In this document: positions 13,040 to 24,406 of the stretch, piece by piece | How the letters are laid out: every line of letters begins with the position of its first letter | Numbering within the stretch: the first letter of the stretch is position 1 | Source: Chiloscyllium plagiosum | Taxonomy: Eukaryota | Direction: 5' to 3' | NCBI RefSeq assembly: GCF_004010195.1 | Contig: NC_057718.1 | Location: 65,043,548-65,107,547 of the forward strand | DNA: 64,000 nucleotides | Notes under the pieces: model-generated | The model's input: the letters and a program-made list of their open reading frames with translations, nothing else | Databases searched by the model: none | Told to the model about the DNA's origin: nothing | Position numbers and translations under genes: made by a program

Positions 13040-15698
13040 AGTGGTGCCATTATTTAAGAAAGGTGGTAAGAAAAAACTAGGGAACTATTGGCCGGTGAGC
13101 CTGACATCAGTAGTGGGCAAGTTGTTGGAGGGACTCCTGAGGGACAGGGTGTACATCTATATGGAAAGACAAGGACTGATCAGGGATAGTCAACATGGCT
13201 TTGTGCATGGGAAATCATGTCTCAACATCTTGATTGAATATTTTGAAGAAGGAACGAAGGTGATTGATGAGGGCAGAGCAGTGGATATGATCTATGTGGA
13301 CTTAAGCATGGTGTTCGACAAGGTTCGACATGGTAGACTGATTAACAAGGTTCAATCACATGGAATAAAGACAGATTTGGGTACAGAACTGGTTCAAAAG
13401 TAGAAGACAGAAGGTGGTGGTGGAAGGTTGCTTTTCAGACTGGAAATCTGTGAACAGCAGTTTGCCACAAGGATCGATACTGAGTCCACTGTTTTTTGTC
13501 ACTTATATAAATGATTTGGATGTGAACAGAGGAGATATGCTTAGTAAGTTTGCAGGTGACACCAAAATTGGAGGTGTATTGGACAGTGAAGAAGGTTACC
13601 TCAGATTACAACGGGATCTTGATCAGACAGGACAATGGGCTGAGGAGTGGCAGATGGAGTTTAATTTATGTAACTGTGAGGTGCTGCATTTTGGAAAGGC
13701 AAATCAGGGCAGGACTTATATACTTAATGGTGAAGTCTTGGTGAGTGTTGTTGAACAAAGAGACCTTGGAATGCAGGTTCATAGTGGAGTCTCAAATAGA
13801 TAGGATAATGAAGAAGATGTTTGCCTTTATTGATCAGTGCATTGAGTATCGAAGTTGAGAGGTCATATTGCATCTGTACAGGACATTGGTTATTGGAATA
13901 TTGTGTGCAATTTTGGTCTCCCTGTTATTGAAAGGATGTTCTGAAACTTTGAGAGGCAGACCATGCCTCACAAATCTTATTGAGTTCTTTAAGGAGGTCA
14001 CGAGACAGGTCGGCGAAGGTCAAGCAGTGGATGTGGTGTATATGGACTTCATCAAGGCATTGGATAAGGTTCCTCACAGTAGGCTCATTCATAAAGTCAG
14101 GCGATATAGGATACAGGGAGATTTGGCTATCTGGATTCAGAATTGGTTGGCTGACAGAAGGCAGAGACCAACTGTAAATGGAAAGTATTCTGCCTGGAGG
14201 TCAGTGGTGAGTGGTGTCCCACAGGGCTCTGTTCTTGGGTCTCTGCTTTTTGCAGTTTTTATAAATGACTTGGATGAGGAGGTTGAGTGATAGATTAGTA
14301 AATTTGTCGATGACACAAAGGTTGGAGGCACCGTTGATAGTATGGAGGGCTATTGCAGGCTGCAGCTCAACTTAGACTGGATGCAGAGTTGGGCTGAGAT
14401 ATGGCAGATGGAGTTCAACCTGGATAAGTGCAAAGTGATGCATTTTGGAAGGTTGGACTTGAATTCTGAATATGGATTAAAGACAGGATTCTTGGCAATG
14501 TGAAGGTTTAGAGGGATCTTGGTATTCAAGTGCATAGATCCCTCAAAATTGTCACCCAAGTGGATAGGGTTGTTAAGAAAGCATATGGTGTTTTGCCTTT
14601 TATTAACAGAGGGATCGAGTTTAAGAGCCGTGGGTTTTGCTGCAGCTCTACAAAACCCTGGTGAGACCACACGTGGAATATTGGGTCCAGTTTTGGTTGC
14701 CCTATTATAGGAGAGATACGGAGGCTTTGGAGCGGGTGCAAAGAAGGTTCTCCAGGATGCTGCCTGGACTGGAGGGCTTGTCTTACGAAGAGAGGTTGAC
14801 TAAGCTCAGACTTTTCTCTCTGGAGAGAAGGAGGAAGAGAGGTGACCTGATCGCGGCGTACAAAGTAATGAGAGGCATGGATAGAATAGATAGCCAAATA
14901 CCTTTCCCCAGGGCAGGATTGACTGCCATGAGGAGTCATAGTTTTAAGGTATTAGGAGGAATGTATCGAGGAGACGTCAAAGGTAGGTTCTTTACACAGA
15001 GAGCTGTGAATGCATGGAATGCGTTTCCAGTGGTGGTGGTGGAAACAGAGTCATTAGGGACATTTAAGCTACTGCTGGACATGCAAATGGACAGCAGTGA
15101 ATTGCAGGGTGTGTAGGTTAGGTTATTTTATTTTCTATTAGGAATAATCCTCGGCACAGCATCTTGGGCTGAAGGGCCTGCTCTGTGCTCTACTTTACTA
15201 ACTTGAAACAGGTCAGAAAAGATTTACAAGGATGTTGCCAGGGTTGGAGGGTTTGTGCTGTAGTGAGAGGCTGAATAGACTGGAGCTGTTTTCCCTGGAG
15301 TGTTGGAGGCTGAGGGGTGACCTTATATAGGTATATAAAATCATGAGGGGATGGATAAGGTAAATAGACAAGGTCATTACCCTGGGGTGGGGGAGTCCAG
15401 AACTAGAGGGCATAGGTTTAGGGTGAGAGGGGAAAAATTTAAAGAGAACCTAAGGGGCAACTTTTTCACACAGAGGGTGATGCGTGTATGGAATGAGCTG
15501 CCAGAGGAAGTGGTGGAGGCTGGTACAGTTACAGCATTCATAAGACATCTAGATGGGTATATGAATGCAAGGGGTTTAGAGGGATATGGGCCAAATGCTG
15601 GCAGATGGGACTGGATTTATTTAGGATATCTGGTTGGCATGGATGAGTTTGACTGAAGAAATTGTTTCTGTGCTGTACATCTCTATGACTCTATGACT
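13040..15698 (+). mobile_element. CR1 LINE 3' portion (13040-13949 plus 15200-15698), split by another CR1
   Basis: VVPLFKKG...NYWPVSLTSVVGK, LPQGSILSP, KFAGDTK; resumes at 15200; tail CTCTATGACTCTATGAC. Confidence 0.92.
13950..15199 (+). mobile_element. CR1 of a different subfamily nested in CR1
   Basis: [20 protein letters not shown]; distinct 3' tail GGGCTGAAGGGCCTGCTCTGTGCTCTAC; AACTT duplicated at 13945-13949 and 15200-15204. Confidence 0.9.
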
Positions 15699-16384
15699 TG
15701 TGGTACCCATTCTAAAACACTTTGTTCAAATGACATAAATTGATGATGAAACACTGAGACTGTTAATGGATGAATAGTAATTAATAAAGTATTATTTTTG
15801 TGTATTACACAGTAAAAACTCTTGCTCCTAGTTATGTACTGTCTTGAACATTAAACTGTGCCACTGTCAGAGTGAAGTTAATGTATTGTTTTGCTGGATG
15901 TGTTTACATATTTGCCATGTTTCAATTCATTAATTAGACCTGCCCGCTTTGTGACAAATGCATCACAACCAATTCCAGTAGTAATAGATTACCACAGCAA
16001 CAAAGAATCTCTTCCCCTCAATCAATGAGTTAACTCAACAAACAGAATGATGCAGCTTGGTTTTCAATGAAATAATCTGTGTTTCTACTCTTTCACAAAC
16101 ATGAATATTGGTTTGCTTTCAAGCTGCACTATGTATGAGCAATGAAACAAAACATTTCAACAGATTCATCAGCAGGCACAGAGGCTGCGATGCATAGTTA
16201 TCGCAAAGCCCAGTCAAGGTAATAAGGGCAACATTGCAAACCTTCTGCTGCCTGTTTACTTCAATTTTTAGTGTGCAGCCCAGTGCTGAATGTGCTGATG
16301 ACAGGTGTTGATCAAGGAGTCAGGTATGTGGCTTATAAAGGGGAGGTGCATCAAATTGTCTGAGCTGATGGAATATGTTTTATT

Positions 16385-17460
16385 ATTAGTTCATCAGATG
16401 TGAGCATTGCCAGTATATATTGTTCTAGAGAAGATAGTAGTGTGTTTTGCCCGTTTGAAACATTGTAGGGACTCTCACAATGTTGTTAGAGAAGGAGGTA
16501 GAGGATTTTGACCCAGTGACAGTGAAGGACCAGTGTTACATTTATATGTCAGGATGATAAACCTTCAAGTGCCCCACGCATCTGCTGCCCTTAGCTTTTA
16601 GGTGGTAGAGTTTGGGGATTTGGAAAGTGCTGTTGAATAAGCATTTGTGAGTTACTGCAGTGCAACTTGTAGATGGTACACACTGTCATTGTGCATCAGT
16701 GGTGAAGGGAGTGATTGTTGAAAGTGGTAGATGAGATTCCAATCAAGCAAGATGCTTTGTCACGGATGATGTCAAACGTCATATCGGAGTTGTACTCATC
16801 CAGCCAAATGGGAAGTATTCCAATACATTCCTAATGTCTACCTTGAAGATGGTAGACAGGCTTTGGGGAGTCAGAAAATGAATAACCCTCTACAGGAGTT
16901 ATAGCCACTGACCTGCTCTTCGAGTCACTATATTAATGCGGCTGGTCCAGTTTAGTTTTTGGTCAATGGTAACCCCCAGGATGTTGGTTGTAGGAGATTC
17001 AGTAATTGTAAGACTATTGAATGTCAAAGGGAAATGTTTGGATTCTCTCTTGTTGGAGATGATAATTGCTTGGAACTTATGTAACACAACTGATACTTTC
17101 CACTTATTAGCCATGGTCCAAGTCTTGCTGCAAGCAAACTCAGGCTGTTGCAATATTTAAGTTGCTCTGAATAGTGCTGAATGTTGTGTAATCTTCAGTG
17201 AAAAACTGCAATGCTGGCCTTATGATGGAGAGAAGATCGCTGATGAAACATCTGGAGATGATTGGGCCTGGGCACTAACCTGAGGAAGTCCTGTACTGAT
17301 GTCCTTGAACTGAGATGACTGACCTCCACTAACCACAACCATCTTTCTTTGTGCTAAGTGTGACCCCAATAGCAAGGGGCTTTCCTCATGATTCCCATTA
17401 ACTCCATATTTGCCAGAGCTCTTTGGTGCCAGCCTCTGACAAATGCAGCCTTAAAGTCAA
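16385..17460 (-). mobile_element. Old CR1/L2-group LINE 3' portion (separate family)
   Basis: ORF 16899-17153 KWKVS...NILGVTIDQKLNWTS...RAGQ (RT C-terminus); same-family pieces at 17550-17616 (-) and 19005-19130 (+). Confidence 0.75.
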
Positions 17461-18600
17461 GTATGTAGTCCTATGTTGTACCCATGAAGAAGAGTACATC
17501 CAAGATGCCTTATGCACTTTCCCGAATCCCACATCATCCTTATTCCTCTTTCTAATTCACTCATGGGATGTGGGCATTGCTGACTGGGCCAGCATTTATT
17601 GCCCATCCCTAGTTGCATTTAATGCACCCAATCACTATTCCTCTATTCAACCCCCTACTCGTGCAGTTATGCTTTCATATGCCTGAACCCCAGACAGGAC
17701 AACCTCATAGTCAACAGCACCAGCAACAGCATGCATCTGATAAAGAAACATCATGACTTGATTTGATCAGTTCAGATACTCAAACTGCATGTATTTTAAA
17801 GGATGGAATAGAAATGGAATTTGTATCTGCTAAGCTACTGGAGATAAGTAGGCTTCAGGTATCATATATGCCAGCATTCAGAAGGGTAGGTCACTGATGA
17901 GAACATTAATGGGGTGACATACAAGGGATGCACAAAGAGATATTTGGCCACTCACTTCTTGTCAGTGTCTGTGGAGGAGCCCAGCTCCATTGCGGTACAG
18001 GACTTTATGAAGATCTTCGAATCCATTTTTTTCAGATTGTGATTGGTGGCTAGCGATTGTGGATCATGCTATGATGCATTCTTTAGAATAGGGATGGGAT
18101 CTGCTAAGTCACTGGATACAAGTAGGCTGCAGGCATCATTTGTTCTAGCACCCAGAAGGGTAAAGTGACTGATGAGTTCTATTGCAGAGGATTCAGGGTA
18201 AGGACATTAGTGGGGTTACAACAGGGGAACACTGATGGGCATAGGTGTGGTAATTCATCAGCCTCCACTGGAGTGGATTAAAGAATACCTCTATTTTAAA
18301 AATACCTACTGAGCATGAGTGAAAGCTGTTGTCTCAGAGTGACATCAGATCACATAGAACTACAGCCTGAGTTTTAGGATTCCAGAACATGTCCTCTCTT
18401 ACCATGCCTTGTAGTTAATTATATTTATTAAAGTTTGTTAATGTTCACTCACAATATCAGATGCATGCTGTTGCTGGTGCTGTTGACTATGAGGTTGTCC
18501 TGTCTGGGGAGAAAGTGAGGTCTGCAGATGCTGGAGATCAAAGTTGAAACTTTATTGCTGGAACAGCACAGCAGGTCAGGCAGCATCCAGGGAACAGGAG

Positions 18601-18636
18601 ATTCGACGTTTCGGGCACAGGCCCTTCTTCAGGAAT
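18601..18636 (-). ncRNA. Minimal type I hammerhead ribozyme motif, intact core
   Basis: AUUC-CUGAAGA-A-GGGC-CUGU-GCCC-GAAAC-GUC/GAAU; predicted cleavage between 18605 and 18604. Confidence 0.8.
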
Positions 18637-18874
18637 GTGGCTGAAGAGCTTCTGTGCAGAGGAGATGACCTGGGGTGTGCAGTGAGAGAGGGACTCACTG
18701 AAATCTTTGTAGAGAGAGGCAGAGAGCTTCTTCAAGGAAGGCATCCTTGTAAGAGGATTCGCAGTAGGTTGAAATCTTCGAGGAGAAAGTGAGGTCTGCA
18801 GATGCTGGAGATCAAAGTTGAAACTTTATTGCTGGAACAGCACAGCAGGTCAGGCAGCATCCAGGGAACAGGAG

Positions 18875-18909
18875 ATTCGACGTTTCGGGCACAGGCCCTT
18901 CTTCAGGAA
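18875..18909 (-). ncRNA. Minimal type I hammerhead ribozyme motif, intact core
   Basis: UUC-CUGAAGA-A-GGGC-CUGU-GCCC-GAAAC-GUC/GAAU; predicted cleavage between 18879 and 18878. Confidence 0.78.
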
Positions 18910-19499
18910 GGGCCTGGGGTTCAGGCTTATGAAAGCATAAATGCAGGAGTAGGGGGTTGAATAAAGGAATAGTGATTGGGTGGAAAGTCAGTATTCCATA
19001 ATCACACCATCTATAGTCTGCATTTGCAAACCACAACTACTGCCATCTCGAAGGACAAAAGCAGCAGATACATGGGAAGACCATCACTTGCAAGTTCCCC
19101 TCTAAGCCACTCACCACCATCCTACCTTGGATGCTAGAAGTCATCCAAGTCTCAGGTTCGCAGGGGAAGCCTGGACTGTGGTTATGTTATGTAGGTTCAA
19201 ACTGTTGTCATGAATTCTGAGGTAGTGGAGATCAAGCTAGGCCTCAAAGGCCCACAACTGGTCAAAGAAGTCCTGCATGGCCACTTGCAGTCTCCAGCCT
19301 TAAAAGACATCAATTTTTGAAGAGGCAAGCTGCAATCACTAGTGTAACACTGCATTAGAGCATAAAGTCTGGAAAACATCCCATAACACAGGCACAATGG
19401 TGACATACAGAGATGATTGTTCCATTTTGTATTGGAATTGTTGATCAATATACTTGTCATTAAAAGATTGTATATTTGTTTTAGTTTTAGAATTTTCAC

Positions 19500-20030
19500 C
19501 AAGGAATATGCTGTGTTAGTCCACAGTGCTGTAGTGCATAAATGGGGATAAGTTTACGAAAACTAGAGTCTAGTCTGATTAACTGTCATGCAAATTGATA
19601 GTGTCCTCGATGTCTCCTCTCCATATCTTTCTGAGGCATGCACCAATAGCCTTACAGCCCACATACTATGTGTGCAGATTGTGTGCATATGTCCGAATGA
19701 GATGAGTCCTGAACCATATGTGGAGTGAGTAATCCTTGACACCAAGCAATGAGTCTTATCTTGGCTGGAACAACAAGCTGACTGTCCCAGAATGGAAGCA
19801 TTATGACTGCTCCCAGGATACTGGGCTTTTGCCATTATGGTCACACCATAACTGCAGGTTTATCAAGTGGCATCCCTTGCACTTTTGCAGCTTTCCTCTT
19901 TGCGCTGTGAAGCCTGAAAGGCCACATGCTACCATGGTAATGCCAGGTACCTGCTCCTTCTGCTTCACAAGCTCCTTCCTTGATACAGGGTCTCTGTTAC
20001 CTTCCTGATGTAGCACCAAATGAAAAACTA
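19500..20030 (-). mobile_element. PIF/Harbinger transposase remnant
   Basis: KGCHLINLQLWCDH (cf. KGFHSINVQLVCD) followed in another frame by AQYPGSSHNASILGQS (cf. ARYPGS.HDAFILRQS). Confidence 0.65.
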
Positions 20031-20170
20031 TCAAATATTGAAAATGCTGTCAGCTCCAGCCTGGAAGAGATCTAGGTGCACAGAAATCTTGGACCAAAGT
20101 GATTTCACAATGCTTGCTTTGCTGTGCATTTACCACTGTGGTTGGAGGAGGTGGCGCAGTTCAGAGATTA

Positions 20171-20326
20171 GGAGACAGTGAGGTCTGCACTTGCTGGAGA
20201 TCAGAGTTGAGAGTGTGTTGTTGGAAAAGCACAGCAGGTCAGGCAGGAGGAGAAGGAAAGCAGGAGCAGGAAAATCGGTGTTTCGGGCCGGAGCCCTTTA
20301 TCAGGAATGAGTCCTCACTCTCAACA
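20171..20326 (-). mobile_element. Solo PLE terminal repeat (family 1) with degenerate hammerhead
   Basis: Homologous to 18508-18635; 14-bp TSD CAGTTCAGAGATTA at 20157-20170 and 20327-20340; core mutated (CUGAUAA, GAAACACC). Confidence 0.85.
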
Positions 20327-20419
20327 CAGTTCAGAGATTATCTCCTTGGTTAACCATAGCTACCTCAAACACTGCTCCTAGCTGAGGGAAAAGGATGCCT
20401 AACTCCACACAACTGCCTT

Positions 20420-20630
20420 TGGCCTACATCCCTTAATACTTGTGCTGAACAAAAAATTATCTATTTCAGATTTAATGTTAACTACTGATCCAGTATCCAC
20501 TGCCATTTGTGGAAGAGAGTTTGAAACATCTACCATCTTTTGTGTGTGGAAGTGCTTCCTAACATCTCTCTTGAACAGTCTGGCCCTAAGTCTCAGATTA
20601 TGTCCCCATGTTCTAGAATGCCCAAACTGA
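20420..20630 (-). mobile_element. Old CR1-group 3' fragment
   Basis: Antisense of GAGATGTTAGGAAGCACTTCCACACACAAAAGATGGTAGATGTTT, the usual RT C-terminus/3' UTR pattern. Confidence 0.6.
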
Positions 20631-21374
20631 CAATCTCCCAGGCCAACAGATATAACTCGTAAATGTAGACTATGATGCCCAGTTGAAGATTAATGTCAGC
20701 AAACTATATAACTATGAAGGTGATGTGTCCTTTCCAGCCAATCAGGCAGAGAAGCTCTAGTTGTTTAATTTCCTCTTATTAATTGAAGTCCTGTGGTTAG
20801 TACATACAGAAAGAGGACAAATTGAAACTGAGGCTCCTTTATGGACATGCCTAAGTTCTAGCACTGGAAGTGTAAATCAACAGCTAAATCCTATTTGTGG
20901 GTGCAGTGGCAGTGTCCCTGTGACTAGGTCCGAAGGTCTTATGTGGCCATTAAACATTCTGAATAGGCTGATTTAAAAAAAAGTCATTGATAAATGCAAC
21001 ACAACACAGCCAAATGAGGCAGTTGAGCTGGGGCTTTTCTGGTGTGCCTGATTTGATTTAACAGCAGGCAAGACTGCAAATGAACAACCAAGCCACTGCA
21101 GTCAATATGATGTAACTATGACCTTGGTAAATTTAAGTGCACAAACAGGGTTGAAGGTTTCCAATTAAATCTCAGATGGGCCATCCCTGGCTGCAGCATG
21201 AACACAATAGGGACTTTCATTGTCTTGGGTCATAGCTGAAGAATGCCCATTGAATTAGTTACTAGAGGATGATCAACACATTTAGAAGTTGTACCTTAAT
21301 GCAAGTCACTTATTGAAGAAGAATAACAGTTAGAAGTGGCAGAACTTTTGAAAAGATCCCCAAAGAATGTTAGT

Positions 21375-22376
21375 TTCGCAAAATTCAATGACATGGTACA
21401 GGAGGTAATATCTTGGCATGGATAAAGTGTTAACTAACAGAGAGATAACACACAGAGATTGGGAAGAAATGGGTCTTTCTCATGTTGGCAGGCTGTGAAT
21501 AGTGCGGTACTAAATGGATCAGTACTTGGATTTCAGCTGTTCAAATATATCAATGATTTTGAGCTGGGGACCTAATGTAATATTTGCAGATGATACAATG
21601 CTTAGCAAGAACGATTGTTGTGAGAAAGATGTAAATATTTCCAGGACGATTTGATTAGCTTAGTGATTCACCGGGAACTTGTCAGTTAGCATATAATGTG
21701 AGGGAAAAATATGAGGTTATCCATTTTGGTAGGATGAACAGATAGATTTGCATGGTATTTCTCAAATGATAAGAGGGTGAAACGTATTAATGTACAGAGG
21801 GACATTTACATAAATGTTTTTGTTGATAAGACACTGGTTCAGTAAGCTATTAGGAAGGATCGAATACAGGAATGCAAGGATCTTATTTCAATTGTATCAT
21901 GGCTTAGTTAGATTGTACCTACAGTACTGTGTGCAGTTTTGATCTCTATCTCAGAAAATATTGCCATAGATGCTCACCAAGTTTGTTCACAAGGTGCTGG
22001 GACTGTCCTATGAAGAGAGATTGTTTAAACTGGGCCTACATTCTTTAGAGTTTAAAAAAAAAGGTGACCTCATTGAAACCTCCAAAATATTTAAAGAGAT
22101 AGAAAGGGCAAATGCAGGTAAGATGTTTCCTCTGATTTGCAAGCATAGGGCCAGGGGCACAATATAAAAATAAGGGGGATGCCATTTTGGACTGAAATGA
22201 GGAACAAGAGTTTTACTCAAAAGGTGATGAATCTTTAGAGTTCTGTACTCCAGGGAGCTGTGGCAGCTCAGTCTATATGCATAATTAGAAACTGCTAAAC
22301 ATTTGATTATCAACGGTGTAAAGAGTTGTGGGGATAGTGTGGGTAAAAGGCATTTAAGTGTTAAATCAGCCATGAT
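21375..22376 (+). mobile_element. Old, heavily decayed CR1 RT to 3' end
   Basis: TTTGCAGATGATAC (FADD) at about 21583; GLSYEERLFKLGLHSLE...GDLIET. Confidence 0.8.
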
Positions 22377-23800
22377 TGCGTAAAGAAGTGGGCCAGGCTC
22401 TTGTTACCATGTTCCTATTTCACAAGCAGAGGAACAAAACATTCCTCAGTAGTAATAGTTTGGACTTTCGCAATGAAGTGAACAGTTATTGTTTGCTTCC
22501 ATCACTGTTTCAGGGTATAATAATTGCTGAGCAAATATATTCAAATACACCAGAAAATATCAATAATGATATCAATAGGCAAATTGTGAGTACAGATGGA
22601 GATAGATTACTAAATGAAGGTGTTGCATATTGATGGAAAAAAGTGTTGATTGATACTTTTGGGAGGAAGCAAAATATGAAACACAGAAAAAATAAAGGAA
22701 ATGACTGCCTTTATTTCTCTACATTTGCCATACGAATTGTGACATCTGAACTGTAACATTTCAAGTGTGATAGACTCATACTGGATCAAATTTATACCAT
22801 AGATCACACACAATAGAATACTGATCTTTTGAAATTATTGAATACCAAAGCACGCGTGTATCAGGATAATTGAGCTGCCAATTACTGTTTTTGAAACCAA
22901 TTACACCTTTCTGCTGGAGAACTCCTAGATAGTGTCCTTGAATTTCATGGATATTTGATGTCAGTTTTTCAGGTCTTTGATTTCCCAGTTCGATCCATTT
23001 AGACTACGGTGACCCATTGAACAGTCTAGCTACTTCAAAAAACCCCCACAGTTGTTATTTACAAAATGCATAACCCAGTGCAGAATGTTCAGGCAGTTCC
23101 ATTCATGGTGAAATTACTTTACGTATTATGGTGGGCATCAGATTTGTTCTTGTGAAATTAAGTTAAATCAATTCAAGTTTTACTTCAAAGTCATGTTGTG
23201 AGAAAGCAGAATTGCTTCAACACAAGTTTTATGAGGAGACTGCTGAAAAATTAGCTATTGCAATATTGTCATTATAATAAAAAGTGTTTATTCATACGAT
23301 AAATTAACAAAATACAGGGTGAAATTTAATGGTCTCCCTTTAGTGTGTTTGAAGGCAGGGGTTTCTTAAAATGCAACATGTGACCTAGCTGTCTCCCATT
23401 TTAGACATTTTCCTAATCATCCTGTTCAGGGTTGATATTACACACCTTTAGGACAGGTAGGATTTGAACTCAGGACTTGTGACTCTATAGTATGGACACT
23501 ACCACTGTACCACAAGAATACTCCACCCACCTCATCTCCTATTTTACTGTCCTTAGACTTAATTAGATTTTTAAGTGTCCCAATCAATGGCCATTTAAGT
23601 TCCTCATTCCCATTGTCCACTGCAAGGGAAGGACTACACCAAACAGTGAGGGAAGCAGGGTATGCTGATTGTTAAACTCCAAAACATAACTGTATTTAAA
23701 CAGAATTCAAATCCATGCTTTTATGTGAGAACTTTGTTTCAGTTAGTTACACTCCATAAAATTTCAACTCCACAGGTTACTAGCTCTGCATATTTATACA

Positions 23801-23928
23801 ATAGACAATAGACAATAGGTGCAGGAGTAGGCCATTCTGCCCTTCGAGCCTGCACCACCATTCATTATGATCATGGCTGATCATCCTCAATCAGTATTCT
23901 GTTCCTGTCTTATTTCCATAACCCTTGA
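23801..23928 (-). mobile_element. Short CR1-group 3' tail
   Basis: (ATAGACA)2 tail repeat, then GGTGCAGGAGTAGGCCATTCTGCCCTTCGAGCCTGC. Confidence 0.75.
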
Positions 23929-24406
23929 CAAGCAAATCAAATCCATCACCTATTCCCTCCTTTCATTCAGTCGCCGGTATTTCTTCAGTACATAATAGAT
24001 AATACCACGAGGCAAAGGATAATGGGGACGACTTGGAGGATGGACAACCTCCTTTGCAGCTCCTCTGTCCATCCTCTGTTGCAAATACTTAACAAAAAAA
24101 TCAACTGTTGTTACTAAGTGAACTTTGCAACTTTTGCTGCTGTACTGTACACAAAATATTTGACTTGCTTTTAAGAAAATAAAATACCCCATGACAACTT
24201 GTGGGGAGCAATCTTACTGCTGAATACACAAACTATCTGTACTTTTGATGAATGTCTATGGGATCTCAGGTCATTTGTTCCCCTGAAAATGATATTATAA
24301 TTATGCATCATACATTTTTGGAAGTTTTAACAACAATTAATAGATTTTGCCAAAAAAATTAAAGCTGACGATGTTTACAAAATACAATGAGTAACATGTT
24401 AATTGT

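Larger units (their letters stand above)
18508..18913 (-). mobile_element. Miniature Penelope-derived element: two identical 128-bp repeats (18508-18635, 18782-18909), period 274, each with a hammerhead
   Basis: Exact direct repeats; CTGGGG duplicated at 18504-18509 and 18914-18919 but single in the intact opposite IR arm. Confidence 0.85.
17625..18982. repeat. 118-bp inverted repeat (17625-17742 vs 18455-18509 plus 18920-18982) around a 712-bp spacer
   Basis: Manual alignment gives 114/118 identity after removing the PLE insertion from the right arm. Confidence 0.92.

Noticed and set aside
18508..18909. CRISPR array or LTR retrotransposon
   Set aside because: Only two 128-bp repeats in eukaryotic context; no TG..CA ends, PBS or PPT; the repeat matches dispersed PLE termini
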